From NCBI GenBank assembly GCA_048941265.1, contig JBHLNT010000006.1:1-64000 (forward strand): a stretch of DNA of 64,000 bases, in the 5' to 3' direction. Made by a program: the position numbers and the translations under genes. Source of the DNA: Promethearchaeota archaeon (lineage in GTDB: Archaea > Asgardarchaeota > Lokiarchaeia > Sigyniarchaeales > SOKP01). Shown here one piece after another: positions 21,137 through 31,734 of this stretch. How positions within the stretch are numbered: the first letter of the stretch is position 1; every line of letters begins with the position of its first letter. The notes beneath the pieces were generated by a model. That model ran no database searches, was not told the origin of the DNA, and saw only the letters and a program-made list of their open reading frames with translations.

Positions 21137-21730
21137 ATGATTATTCCGGAAGAAAATATTAGTTATGCTTTTAAGATTGTGTTAATAGGCGCTCCGGGAG
21201 TAGGAAAAACTTGTTTATTTAACAGGTATTGTTTTAATTCATTTGATCTGAATACTAAAATGACTTTGGGAATAAGTTTTCATTCTACCTACTTAAGGAT
21301 CAAGTTTCTAAAAATTCAAAGTAAAAATGAATTATATGCAGTTAATTCTATTTTCGACTTTGGAGGTCAAGAACGTTTTAGACCCATGATACCAAAATTT
21401 TTAGAGGGTGCGAACGGGGCATTACTTGTTTTTGATTTAGTTAATTTTTCGTCATTTCAGCAATTAGAATATTGGTATAATATGCTAATTAGCCATACTG
21501 GAAGCTTAAATATACCAATTTTATTAATTGGGAGTAAAAGTGATTTATTGGATAAAACACCTGAAGCAGAATTAATTAGTGATGAACATATAATGGATTT
21601 TGTCAAATCGAAAGAATTGGATGGATATTACAAAACAAGTGCGTTAGAGAATTATAATATTTTAGAAGTATTTAAAACCTTAACTAATTTAATGTTAAAA
21701 ATTCATAATTCTGGGGCAGTTGTAATATAA
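21137..21730 (+). CDS. Rab/Ras-like small GTPase
   Basis: GAPGVGKT, T(LG), DFGGQERF, SKSD, SAL G-motifs. Confidence 0.9.
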   Translation: MIIPEENISYAFKIVLIGAPGVGKTCLFNRYCFNSFDLNTKMTLGISFHSTYLRIKFLKIQSKNELYAVNSIFDFGGQERFRPMIPKFLEGANGALLVFDLVNFSSFQQLEYWYNMLISHTGSLNIPILLIGSKSDLLDKTPEAELISDEHIMDFVKSKELDGYYKTSALENYNILEVFKTLTNLMLKIHNSGAVVI

Positions 21731-21751
21731 AAAGATTAAGAGGTCTTTTCC

Positions 21752-22831
21752 TCAAACCCCACGTAAATAGATGAAATCGCTGAATTCATTAAAAAATTCC
21801 TTTTGCTCTCTATTAAGGTCGGGATAAATATCTCGTAAAAATTCTTTGGCTTCCTGTACTAAATTTTTACTAAAATGCTCTGCTATTATAATAGCATTGG
21901 TTTCAGCAAAAATTTTCATAACTTCATTAAGATCGCTTTTGGTTAGTTCCGGTTTTCTATATATTTCATTTAAGATTCTTGATTGGTCCTCATCTGTATT
22001 TTGTACAGCTAAAATATAGATAAATTTTTTCTTTCTGTCTTTTATATCATTCTCTATATCGAGAATATCATCACGTATAGCATGAGCCTGACCTATTCTT
22101 AACATGGCTTCAGATAAAGGTTTTATCTGGTAATGTATATTTCCTCTTGCTAAAATAGCTCCAATTTTAGTAGATTTTTCTAAAACTCTTGCCCTTTGCA
22201 TTTCAGCAATGGACAGATATTGTTCTAAAGTCATTGTAATATTATGATATTCCATATATTCTTCAATAATCATACCTTTCATTAAATAATCCATTGCTTC
22301 AGAATACTCATTTATTGCTAATAGTTTTTGTTGATCCGGGAATTTAGAAGATCGAATTATGTCCAATCCAGTAATATAACCAAGAGAGCCTCCAAGAATA
22401 CTTAAATCCCGTCCATATAGTTTAGTTAGTTTTTCCTTATCAGACATATCAAATGCTTTATAGACTTTATTAATTTCATTCTGCAATTGTTTATGGAAAG
22501 CTGGTTCTCCCCTTCTCATATCATCATTATCTATTAAATCATCATGAATTAAATGCCCGCTGTGAAGAAACTCTACTGCTATAGCCACTTTTCTTATTTC
22601 CCTTACATTTTCTTCTAAATACATTGGATTAATAATGCCATTAAACGCAGCAACTAAAAGAATAGGATGGATACGTTTAGCTTTGCTTTTTTCTGGTATA
22701 ATGAAATTTTTCATTTGATTATTGAAATCGGCAAAAAGGAGCTCTTTTTCTTTTTTATTAAGTTTATCAAAAAATTTTTCTAATTCTAAATTAATCGCTT
22801 CTCTTTCAGAGTTAAAGAATTCTTCAATCAT
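21752..22831 (-). CDS. Polyprenyl diphosphate synthase (GGPP synthase-like)
   Basis: KRIHP, LIHDDLIDNDDMRRG, IRDDILD aspartate-rich motifs. Confidence 0.85.
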   Translation of the reverse strand: MIEEFFNSEREAINLELEKFFDKLNKKEKELLFADFNNQMKNFIIPEKSKAKRIHPILLVAAFNGIINPMYLEENVREIRKVAIAVEFLHSGHLIHDDLIDNDDMRRGEPAFHKQLQNEINKVYKAFDMSDKEKLTKLYGRDLSILGGSLGYITGLDIIRSSKFPDQQKLLAINEYSEAMDYLMKGMIIEEYMEYHNITMTLEQYLSIAEMQRARVLEKSTKIGAILARGNIHYQIKPLSEAMLRIGQAHAIRDDILDIENDIKDRKKKFIYILAVQNTDEDQSRILNEIYRKPELTKSDLNEVMKIFAETNAIIIAEHFSKNLVQEAKEFLRDIYPDLNREQKEFFNEFSDFIYLRGV

Positions 22832-22959
22832 CTAAAACCATCCAGTTTTGTTAAAACCAATAATTTAATTAAATAAATATTATAATTATTTATCTTTTTT
22901 TTGTAAAAGTAAATTTTAATTATTGAACCATCTTAATCTAATTCATTAAAATAAAAATA

Positions 22960-23478
22960 ATGATTAAAAAAATGAAGTTAGCAGTTATTTCAGACACACA
23001 CGATCATAAGGACAATATTTTAAAAGCAGTTTCCATAATGAACGAAAGAAATGTTGATGCTTTAATACACTGTGGCGATTATGTAGCCCCTTTTGTAAAG
23101 AGATGGTTTGATGGATTAAAAACCAACATAAAAAAGAATTTTTATGGAGTTTGGGGCAATAATGATGGAGAAAGAGTGTTTTTAATGCAAAATCTTGGAC
23201 AGATCTGCAATATAGTAGGGATGGAAATTAATAATGATTTTGATGGCAGAAGAGTTTTTGCAGCTCATATGCCAACACAGGAAACTATAGACGCTTTAGC
23301 AAATTCCAAGAAATATGACATAATATTATCAGGTCATACCCATGCTGTAGTAAATAAAAAGTATGAAAACGGAGTTTTAGTCATAAATCCCGGAGAAGCA
23401 TGTGGATATTTATCTGGAAAGGCAACTTTTGCTATTATCGATACAGATAAAATGATAGCTGAAATAATAGAACTATAA
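22960..23478 (+). CDS. YfcE/MJ0936-family metallophosphoesterase
   Basis: SDTHD, HCGD, GNND, GHTH, NPGE. Confidence 0.9.
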   Translation: MIKKMKLAVISDTHDHKDNILKAVSIMNERNVDALIHCGDYVAPFVKRWFDGLKTNIKKNFYGVWGNNDGERVFLMQNLGQICNIVGMEINNDFDGRRVFAAHMPTQETIDALANSKKYDIILSGHTHAVVNKKYENGVLVINPGEACGYLSGKATFAIIDTDKMIAEIIEL

Positions 23479-23749
23479 GAATTTTTTTTATAACATCTTT
23501 TTTTTATTTTTTTAAATTTATAAAAATTCTTTAGACCACTGTTAGGTAACATCAGTGATTATTCAAGTGGTAAAATATTTTGTGAAAAAACATAAGCATT
23601 GGCAATGAAATTGAAATTGGAAGAAGATATTCAAGTCCAACAAGAAAATCTAGAATATATCAATCGAAAATTAGACAAACAGGCTTAGTTTATTGAATTA
23701 AAAACATATAAATAAAAATCTTTATTTTTAGCATTTTATTCTAATTATT

Positions 23750-24967
23750 ATGAGTTTACCATTAGAGAATATTACAGTTTTAGATCTAACAAGAATGCTA
23801 CCAGGACCTTATTGTACAATGATTTTAGGAGATTTAGGAGCAAATATCATCCGCGTAGAAGATCCTAAATATCCATATGCAAATCCTCCTCCTTTCTTTC
23901 AAAAAGGAAGATATCGCGAGAGCGCATTCAATTCTATCATTATGAGAAACAAAAAATCTATAACTCTTAATCTAAAAAAAGAGAAAGCTAGAGAAATTTT
24001 CTACGAATTGGTAAAACAAGCGGATGTAGTTTTAGATACATTTCGTCCAAAAGTTACAAATAAATTAAAAATAGATTATGATACTCTTTCTTCAATAAAT
24101 CCATCAATTATTTGTTGTTCTTTGACCGGATATGGTCAAAATGGCCCCTATGAACAAATAGCGGGACATGATTTAAATTATATTGGAATTTGTGGAATTC
24201 TGGATTTAAATAGAGAAAGAACCAAATTTGGTATGGAAAATCAAGAAAGACCACCAATAGTTCCAGGCATTCAAGCGGCAGATATTGGAGGAGGATTAGT
24301 TACAACAATTGGTATTCTTGGTGCGCTTATGGAAAGGGAGAAAAATCCCGAAAAAAGAGGGCAATATTTAGACATTTCAATGACAGATTGTGTTTTTTCT
24401 TTTATGCCAATGGCAGCAGCATTTCATATTAGTAAAAATTTAAATGATGGAGATATAAAACCTTTAAACCCCTTACATGGTGAGCTTCCACTATATTCCG
24501 TTTTTAAAACAAAAGATAATAAATATTTATCTGTCGGAGCAATAGAATTAAAGTTTCGGCGTGAAGTATTTAAGGGTATAGGGCGCGATGATTTAATTCC
24601 TAAAGGAAATCCTATAGATGAGGAGAAGGAGTATGTATATCAGGAAATGCAGAAAGAATTTCTAAAGAAAACTCAAGAAGAATGGATGAAGATTTTCATA
24701 AATTTAGATGCATGTGTTATGCCAATTCATTCTTTTGAAAAGGCATGTGAAGATCCTCAAATTAAGGCACGTAACATGGTTGTTAAAATAAAACATCCAA
24801 AATTCGGTGAAGTTCAAAATATAGCTTCTCCTATTAAAATGTCGAGAACACCACTTACAATTAGAACTTTAGCTCCAAAAGTAGGACAACACACTAAGGA
24901 AATTTTAGCAAATCTCAACTATTCTGCAGAAGATTACAGAGATTTTAGAAGAAAGGGGATAATTTAA
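23750..24967 (+). CDS. CoA-transferase family III (CaiB/BaiF)
   Basis: VLDLTRMLPGPY, RNKKSI, SLTGYGQ.GP, GHDLNY, AD..GG. Confidence 0.92.
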   Translation: MSLPLENITVLDLTRMLPGPYCTMILGDLGANIIRVEDPKYPYANPPPFFQKGRYRESAFNSIIMRNKKSITLNLKKEKAREIFYELVKQADVVLDTFRPKVTNKLKIDYDTLSSINPSIICCSLTGYGQNGPYEQIAGHDLNYIGICGILDLNRERTKFGMENQERPPIVPGIQAADIGGGLVTTIGILGALMEREKNPEKRGQYLDISMTDCVFSFMPMAAAFHISKNLNDGDIKPLNPLHGELPLYSVFKTKDNKYLSVGAIELKFRREVFKGIGRDDLIPKGNPIDEEKEYVYQEMQKEFLKKTQEEWMKIFINLDACVMPIHSFEKACEDPQIKARNMVVKIKHPKFGEVQNIASPIKMSRTPLTIRTLAPKVGQHTKEILANLNYSAEDYRDFRRKGII

Positions 24968-24995
24968 AATAAAGATACATCTTAGCAAATAAAAA

Positions 24996-26144
24996 ATGAA
25001 TAATATAGTAGGAATAATAAAATCAACTATTGAAGAATGTTCTTTTATAAAAATAAAGGAACTTCTTGAAATAATCAATTATAAACCTAAAAAGAATAAA
25101 TTATTTTTAAAGCCAAATCTTGTAACAGATGAATCTGGTGAATCCGGTGTAATTACTCATCCAAAAGTTATTGAGTCAGTTTGCGATTATTTTTTAAATT
25201 TAGGTTATGATAATATCGTTATAGGAGAAGGTTCGGCGTTTTTTTATAAACCTCATCATTGGGAATATATACTAAAATCATGCAATTATGAGTATTTAAA
25301 AAAAAAGCCAGAAATAAAAATATTAAACTTAGAAGAAAAAAATATCGAAAGAGAAAATTATCATTGGAAATATGGAAAATTAAAACTTCCAAAAATTATC
25401 AAGACGCATGAATATATAAACATCCCAACAATGAAAACTCATTATCAAACCCAGGTTTCACTAGGATGTAAAAATCAAAAGGGATTATTATTAATAAAAG
25501 ATAAAAGAATGTTCCATAAAAAAAATCTAAATGATTATATTTTAGAACTAAATAAAATATTGAGACCTGACTTAACAATTATGGATGCTATATATTGTAT
25601 TGAAGGTAATGGACCAGCAAAAAATCCTATGAGTTATAGTTTAGAACTGAACTTATTATTAGCATCCACGAATACTATTGCACTAGATAATGCTTGCTGT
25701 GAAATAATGGGTTTTGATATTGAAAAAATTCCTTATATTCCAAAAGTTAAGTTTCGATCCAAAGGAGTTGCAATTGAAAAGGTTAAAAGAAGTTTTAAGC
25801 AACCTACTTGGATAACTTATTTTGATAATATCGGCCGATATATGGCAGAAAAAGCATGTTCTGGTTGTCAGATTGCACATTCTCAGATGATGCGAAAAAT
25901 TAATTTTAACGAAGAATTAAATAAGAAATTGGATAATTTAAAGAATAGGTATCAAAATATTTATTTAGTTTATGGCGAAAATCCAGATCTGAACGAAATC
26001 TCTCTAGTTGATGATATTAAAATCATGTGTCTTGGAAATTGCGTTAAAAAATTTGCAAAAAAGAATAATTTTCCGTGGATAGCAGGATGTCCACCAGATT
26101 ATCATAAAATGATAGCATTTCTTTTAGAAGAAGTAATGCAATAA
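24996..26144 (+). CDS. DUF362-family Fe-S protein
   Basis: LKPNL, THP, IGEG, P.MKTH, KN..G, EGNGP; C-terminal ACSGC, GNC, GCPP. Confidence 0.8.
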   Translation: MNNIVGIIKSTIEECSFIKIKELLEIINYKPKKNKLFLKPNLVTDESGESGVITHPKVIESVCDYFLNLGYDNIVIGEGSAFFYKPHHWEYILKSCNYEYLKKKPEIKILNLEEKNIERENYHWKYGKLKLPKIIKTHEYINIPTMKTHYQTQVSLGCKNQKGLLLIKDKRMFHKKNLNDYILELNKILRPDLTIMDAIYCIEGNGPAKNPMSYSLELNLLLASTNTIALDNACCEIMGFDIEKIPYIPKVKFRSKGVAIEKVKRSFKQPTWITYFDNIGRYMAEKACSGCQIAHSQMMRKINFNEELNKKLDNLKNRYQNIYLVYGENPDLNEISLVDDIKIMCLGNCVKKFAKKNNFPWIAGCPPDYHKMIAFLLEEVMQ

Positions 26145-26169
26145 CAAATTAATTTTATTTTTAGGGATA

Positions 26170-26706
26170 ATGGGAGTGATATTATTTTCAATGGAGAATG
26201 AAATCAAAAAATTAAAGGAAATAGTCGAATCTAATCCAAATAATATTAATGCTTGGATTAATCTGGCTCAAGTCTATTATAATAATGGTGATATAGATAA
26301 ATCTATAGATTCTTTTAAAGTAGCTCTTGAAATTGAACCTAAAAATGCTCTTATAATGCAAAATCTTGGTTATCTATACAACGAAAAAGGTGAATATGTT
26401 GAAGCGATATTAATTTTGAAAAAAGCTTTGGAAATTGACCCAAATTTATCTATTGCATCAACAGAACTTAGTTTCTCTTATCTTGAAATAGGTGATTTTG
26501 AAAACACTATAAAAACTTGTAAAAATGCTTTGAAAATTAATCCTAAAGATGAAGTGGCATGGACAAATTTAGGATCTGCTTACTATAATCAGAAAAATTA
26601 TGATAAAGCAATCGAAGCATTGAAAAAAGCTTTAAATATTATTCCTAATTTAGAGTTTGCACAAAAGGTTTTAGACTTAGCAGAAAAAGCTAAAAAAGAA
26701 AATTAG
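26170..26706 (+). CDS. TPR-repeat protein
   Basis: Four canonical TPR repeats (AW.NLG..Y...A...KKAL.I.P). Confidence 0.9.
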   Translation: MGVILFSMENEIKKLKEIVESNPNNINAWINLAQVYYNNGDIDKSIDSFKVALEIEPKNALIMQNLGYLYNEKGEYVEAILILKKALEIDPNLSIASTELSFSYLEIGDFENTIKTCKNALKINPKDEVAWTNLGSAYYNQKNYDKAIEALKKALNIIPNLEFAQKVLDLAEKAKKEN

Positions 26707-26803
26707 AGATTGTAAGTTTAAAAACATTTATTTAAGAATTCTATTATATAATTCTAAATAACACTAAATTTTCTAATTAAAAATATTATTCCATTTTTTT
26801 AAG

Positions 26804-28357
26804 ATGTCAGAAGAATTTAAAAATAAGAATATTAATGAGAGAAATGATGATAATAATCAAGAATCGCAGAACTTAGAGAACCATGCCAAACAAATTAATA
26901 AAGAAGAAATAACAGATAAATCCGTTATAGTTAAAGCCGAAGCTTATAAAACTATAATTTTATATGCAAGTCGATATGCTAATAAAGTAATTCCCCCTAA
27001 AGATTGGAGAGAAATATATGGAATCTTAATTGGGTATGCTGACGACAATTTTGTATATGTAGAAAAAGCTGAAGCTTTAACATATGGTCATTCCACAGAT
27101 GTTCAATTAGATGAAAAGCATTATGGTTTTATTGAACAAATTCAAGAAAAATTAGAAAGAAATGAGGCAACAAAAGGATACTATATGATTGGATGGTTTC
27201 ATTCACATCCGGGTTTAGGACTCTTTTTCTCATATATTGATCTTATTAATCAACTAGGTTTTCAAGCGAGGAATGATGATTTTTGTGGATTAGTCTTTGA
27301 TCACACTCTTTTAGGAAAAAAAAAGGAAGAAATCTTAGAAGGTACTAAACATAAAATTACGAAATATGATACCGGATTTGAAATTTATAGAATAACTGAT
27401 GTAAATATGGATATCAATGAATCTCAATTTGATAATAATTATCATAAAGTAGAATATATTGTAGATGGATTGAATAAATTCTTTTTTGCTAATGTTTTAT
27501 CAGAACTTTCAGCGTTAGTTTCTGCTGGAAAACCATTACAATCTGCTTACGGTGAACATTATGAGCTTAACTCTTACGATGAGAAAGTTGAAATCAAAAA
27601 AGAAGATTTAGTTAAGATACCCATTTCAGATGATATTGAGTTTGATGTTGATGATTTTTTTTATGGTGAAATTAGTAAAAAAGGTAAGAAGATAACTCAA
27701 ATAAAGGAGGAAGCTGAACAATTTATTTTTGAAGGAAATCAAGCTTTTGAAGAAAAAAATACGTTTATGGGTGTGGAAAAATACCAACAAGGAATAAAAA
27801 TATTTAAAGAAATTAAAGATTTTGATCGTGTTTTCGCATTACTAAGGAATTTATCAGAGTATTGCATATCCTCTTATCATCACGTTTTAGCTAAGAATTT
27901 TGCAACAGAATTATATAGTTTATCCGAGAAATTTAATAACTTATTTTATCGAGCAGAAGCAAATTATTTAATCGGATATATTGCTCTGAAAGAAGGAGAA
28001 GCTGAAAATTTGGAATCAGCATTAAAAAAAATCCAAAAAGCCTCAATTGATTATGAAAAAGCGGGTGATTTTGCAGGTGCAGGAAAATGTTATCATAGAA
28101 TTGGTACAATTTATCATACTCGCTTAAATAAACTTTTTAATGCTTCTCTTTTTTATGAACAAGCAATTAGAAGCTTTAATGAAGCTTTACTTAAAGCTCA
28201 TCCTTTGCGTACTTCAATATGGAGCAAATCAGAACTACTTTCTGAGAAAATAATAGAATTAAGAGATATCGTTGAAGAATTAATACCTAAAATCGAAGAT
28301 CCGAAAGAGAGAAGGAAAATAAAAGAGGATCTAAGTTCAATTCGTTTGAATTTCTAG
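26804..28357 (+). CDS. JAB/MPN (JAMM) domain protein with C-terminal TPR/SNAP-like helical repeats
   Basis: E(IYGILIG) plus GWFHSHPGLGLFFSYID JAMM motif; C-terminal 'KASIDYEKAGDFAGAGKCY' helical repeats. Confidence 0.85.
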   Translation: MSEEFKNKNINERNDDNNQESQNLENHAKQINKEEITDKSVIVKAEAYKTIILYASRYANKVIPPKDWREIYGILIGYADDNFVYVEKAEALTYGHSTDVQLDEKHYGFIEQIQEKLERNEATKGYYMIGWFHSHPGLGLFFSYIDLINQLGFQARNDDFCGLVFDHTLLGKKKEEILEGTKHKITKYDTGFEIYRITDVNMDINESQFDNNYHKVEYIVDGLNKFFFANVLSELSALVSAGKPLQSAYGEHYELNSYDEKVEIKKEDLVKIPISDDIEFDVDDFFYGEISKKGKKITQIKEEAEQFIFEGNQAFEEKNTFMGVEKYQQGIKIFKEIKDFDRVFALLRNLSEYCISSYHHVLAKNFATELYSLSEKFNNLFYRAEANYLIGYIALKEGEAENLESALKKIQKASIDYEKAGDFAGAGKCYHRIGTIYHTRLNKLFNASLFYEQAIRSFNEALLKAHPLRTSIWSKSELLSEKIIELRDIVEELIPKIEDPKERRKIKEDLSSIRLNF

Positions 28358-28441
28358 ATCTTTCTTGGACTAATCTTAAATCGTAAAAAATAAATGTTAA
28401 GGGAAATTATATAACTTACTCTTTTTAGTGGTGAGTATACA

Positions 28442-29167
28442 ATACCTAGACGAAAACAAAAAGTTAAGTATTCTCGTAAACTTGCGTGTCAACATCTTAA
28501 ACCTAAAGGTGATATCTCTAACAGTTTACAACCTTTATGTTATTGCCCTGAGAGGGATTTGGTACTTGGAACCAGAGCATATGTTTGCCAAGTGTGTTTT
28601 CTATATAATCCTCGATCAAATGTTTCGATATCAGAAATTTATGCTGAAAGCAAAAAAACTGCGGAAAAACAAATTAAAGAGAAAAAATTGGAATTAGCAG
28701 AAATTGAAGATATAGAATTAGAAGAAGACGTAGATTTATCAATCGATGAATTCGAGGAAGAAGAAGAAATTCAAGAAAAATTCGAAAAAAGAAAGGCCGG
28801 GAAAGCTGATGTAGAAGATGGTGAAGATGAATTTGCTGAAGTTGAATGTCCTTTCTGTGGTGAATTATTTGATGATCTCGCATCACATCTTCGGGAATGT
28901 GAATTCGCACCAGAAGATGTTAGTATAGATGAATATTTACCTTCGAAACCAAAAAAACGAAAAAAGAAAAAAGGCAGTGGTACAGAAAAAAGTGAAAAAC
29001 CGGAAAAAGTAAGTGAGAAAGAATCTAAAGATAAGAAAATTTGTCCATACTGCGGAAAAGAATTTGTTAGGCTTGGTCGTCACTTGAAAGCTTGTTCAAA
29101 AAGACCAGATGATGCTGATGATGAGAAAGAAGCAAAATTCTTGAGTGGAGAACTTGATTCTATTTAA
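28442..29167 (+). CDS. Zinc-finger protein (N-terminal Cys cluster, acidic linker, two C2HC fingers); probable ATA start
   Basis: Frame of ORF 28559 stays open upstream (PRRKQKVKYSRKLACQHL...LCYCPERD) to ATA at 28442, 7 nt after GGTGA; fingers CPFC-x9-H-x3-C and CPYC-x9-H-x3-C. Confidence 0.7.
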   Translation: MPRRKQKVKYSRKLACQHLKPKGDISNSLQPLCYCPERDLVLGTRAYVCQVCFLYNPRSNVSISEIYAESKKTAEKQIKEKKLELAEIEDIELEEDVDLSIDEFEEEEEIQEKFEKRKAGKADVEDGEDEFAEVECPFCGELFDDLASHLRECEFAPEDVSIDEYLPSKPKKRKKKKGSGTEKSEKPEKVSEKESKDKKICPYCGKEFVRLGRHLKACSKRPDDADDEKEAKFLSGELDSI

Positions 29168-29194
29168 AACTCATTTATTCTTTAAATATAGGTT

Positions 29195-30112
29195 ATGAGA
29201 GAAAAAATATATTATTGTGAGCCAGTATTTAGACCACCCTCAGAAGCCTATTCATTACTTATCCAACTAACTGAAGGATGCACTTTTAAATGTGATTTTT
29301 GCATGTCAAATCTTCGAAAACGATTTCTCGTTAGAGAAGTTGAAGAAGTTAAAATAGATCTTAATATTGCTAAAAAAATATATGGTCATAGAGTAAAAAA
29401 GATTTTCTTTCTTGATGGCAATGCAATGGTAACTCCTGCAGAAAAATTACTTGAAGTCACAAAATACGCTAAAAAGTTATTTCCTAATCTTGAAAGATGT
29501 GCTGTTTATGCTCATGCCAAAGATATTCTTAAAAAATCAGATGAGCAGTTAAGAGAATTATCTGATGCGGGACTAAAAATGGCTTATGTAGGATTTGAAT
29601 CAGGATATAATAAGCTTTTAAAAGCTGTAAATAAGCATGCAACCAAAGAGGATTATATAGATGCTTCTAAAAAGCTCTTCAACGCAGATATTACCCTTTC
29701 TGCAACATTAATTAACGGGCTTGGAGGTGCTGAAAATCCAATACTATCAGAAATGCATGCGAAAGAATCTGCTGATCTAATCAATACGATATGCCCTTCT
29801 GACGATAGAAAATGGTATATAGCCTTTCTTACATTAATGATACCTCAAGGAACCGAAATTTACAGGAAAAAAGCGAAGGGATCGTTCAAAGAAATGAACC
29901 AATTTGATATATTGTTGGAATTAAAAATATTCATGCAAAATATCGGATTTGAAAATAAAACTGCAAACTGTATTTTTCGCTCGAATCATGCTTCAAATTA
30001 TTTACCTATTAAAGGAATTTTAGATAGAGATAAAGATAAAATTATATCTACCCTCAATTATGGATTAACTCATCCCGAAGTAATGAGGCCAGAATTTTAT
30101 AGAGGATTATAG
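29195..30112 (+). CDS. Radical SAM protein (paralog of 20029..20940)
   Basis: RPPSEAYS, CTFKCDFC, YVGFESG, RSNHASNY. Confidence 0.85.
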   Translation: MREKIYYCEPVFRPPSEAYSLLIQLTEGCTFKCDFCMSNLRKRFLVREVEEVKIDLNIAKKIYGHRVKKIFFLDGNAMVTPAEKLLEVTKYAKKLFPNLERCAVYAHAKDILKKSDEQLRELSDAGLKMAYVGFESGYNKLLKAVNKHATKEDYIDASKKLFNADITLSATLINGLGGAENPILSEMHAKESADLINTICPSDDRKWYIAFLTLMIPQGTEIYRKKAKGSFKEMNQFDILLELKIFMQNIGFENKTANCIFRSNHASNYLPIKGILDRDKDKIISTLNYGLTHPEVMRPEFYRGL

Positions 30113-30191
30113 GAAAATTATTATTAAATGTTTCAAGGTTGAGTATCTTATTTTAAAACTTAGAAAATTTTAATATATTTAAATATTAATA

Positions 30192-30824
30192 TTGATCATG
30201 AGCTCTATAATAACCTTAATTGTTGGCTCTCCAAGAAAAAATAGGAGTTGCAATTATTTAATTGACAAAGCAATTGAAGGGATAAAGTCAATAAGCGGGG
30301 AATTTGAAATAAAAAAGGTCCAAATTGCGGATTATCATATATCTCCTTGTAATGGTTGCGATCAATGTTTAAGACCTCCTAACGATTGTCCTTTGTCAGA
30401 ATACGACGATACAAAAAAATTAGAAGAACAAATATTAGGATCGTCAGCTCTGTTAATAGCTGCCCCAAATTACTTTGGTTCAGTTAGTTCCCAAATAAAA
30501 GTACTGATTGATCGTTCAAGACCATGGAAAATGAAAAATTATTTATTAAAAGATATGATTTTTGCACCAATGGCTTCTACAGGTCTTAGAAATGGGGGAG
30601 AAGGAGTGATTTCTGATTTAATCAATTTTGCTCTTATTCAAGGGATGATAATTGTAGGAAATGCACTCGGAAGCCCAGTTCTTGAAGGTAATATCCCGAT
30701 TACTAGTCTTCAGAAATATAATATAAAAGAGTTTATAGGAAAAGGAGAAGTAGACGAATTAGCGGGAAAAATTGCTTTTGACCTAGGTAAAAGAATTGCT
30801 GAGCTACTAAAAAAAATGAAATAG
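30192..30824 (+). CDS. Iron-sulfur flavoprotein / NADPH-dependent FMN reductase family
   Basis: GSPRK, CNGCDQC...C, P.YFG.VS...K..IDR. Confidence 0.85.
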   Translation: MIMSSIITLIVGSPRKNRSCNYLIDKAIEGIKSISGEFEIKKVQIADYHISPCNGCDQCLRPPNDCPLSEYDDTKKLEEQILGSSALLIAAPNYFGSVSSQIKVLIDRSRPWKMKNYLLKDMIFAPMASTGLRNGGEGVISDLINFALIQGMIIVGNALGSPVLEGNIPITSLQKYNIKEFIGKGEVDELAGKIAFDLGKRIAELLKKMK

Positions 30825-30879
30825 TGAAAATTAAAAAGAAAAAATATTTTTAAATAAATTTTTTAATTTTATTTATCCT

Positions 30880-31197
30880 TTACTCATTATCATGGAAATC
30901 TATGCTACTCTTTGATTCTTCAGTATCTCTCTCTGATCCTTCTTTGGTGTATACCCCAATATATTTCTCTCCGGGCCATTTTGTATTTACAATAATGCCA
31001 GATATAACTAAAATAGCAAAGATCACAAAATATGGAATTAAACTACCAGTAGGAAAAAATGACAAAAGAACGTCGACCCAAGATACCATCCAAGCACCAA
31101 TAGGTGTAACAAAAGGTTGTAATACTCTTAATATTAATCCAATAATATCTGCTATAATTTGTAAAAATTCAATCCTCTCATATTCTTGGAACCACAT
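30880..31197 (-). CDS. Small hypothetical membrane protein
   Basis: Hydrophobic ORF, third gene of an apparent operon, AGGAGGG SD upstream. Confidence 0.6.
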   Translation of the reverse strand: MWFQEYERIEFLQIIADIIGLILRVLQPFVTPIGAWMVSWVDVLLSFFPTGSLIPYFVIFAILVISGIIVNTKWPGEKYIGVYTKEGSERDTEESKSSIDFHDNE

Positions 31198-31212
31198 TTA
31201 AATACCCTCCTT

Positions 31213-31731
31213 TTATTTTTTCCCTCTCTCATATTTAATTTTTTCTCGATTTACAACAAAATCAACAAGATCATATGCTTTTAAAATCACCGTTAAAAAG
31301 TAAATCCCCATATAAAGTAATATCATTTGCTGCAGATTTACTGTGATAATACCTAAATCCACTAATTCGAATTCTATTTCTAACGCTCCAGAAAATTTAT
31401 AACTCCAAAGATATAAACAGTTTAAGATAATCTGGATTAATGCAAATACGCCCCGTCTTACGGATTGTTTGGGGGCAGAATATGCAAAAAACGCCGTCCC
31501 AGAGATGATAAGCCCAAAAGCCCAAACATAAAACAATATTAGATTGACTTGATGTTTATAAGCCTGTAATTCAACCCCCTCAACATGAATCGTTTTTATC
31601 CAAGAAAAAGTCCAAAAAGGGATAAGTACAGTACTAGTGAAATATATCGCAGCTATTAAGGTTCCTCTAATAATATTTTTAATTTTAGCATTCTCTAATT
31701 GCTTAATAACTCTATCCTTAGTAAAACTCAT
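31213..31731 (-). CDS. Hypothetical membrane protein (about 4 TM)
   Basis: Four hydrophobic segments; 3 nt from the upstream gene. Confidence 0.65.
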   Translation of the reverse strand: MSFTKDRVIKQLENAKIKNIIRGTLIAAIYFTSTVLIPFWTFSWIKTIHVEGVELQAYKHQVNLILFYVWAFGLIISGTAFFAYSAPKQSVRRGVFALIQIILNCLYLWSYKFSGALEIEFELVDLGIITVNLQQMILLYMGIYFLTVILKAYDLVDFVVNREKIKYERGKK

Positions 31732-31734
31732 CTT

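Noticed and set aside
23545-23690. Possible remnant of a TPR-like gene end (DYSSGKIFCEKT*ALAMKLKLEEDIQVQQENLEYINRKL)
   Set aside because: Too short and degenerate to assign by eye
28428-28697. ORF-track 89-aa ORF, or a programmed frameshift into 28559
   Set aside because: The 28559 frame is itself open upstream to ATA 28442 with a sensible Cys-rich sequence; the GTG is part of the SD motif
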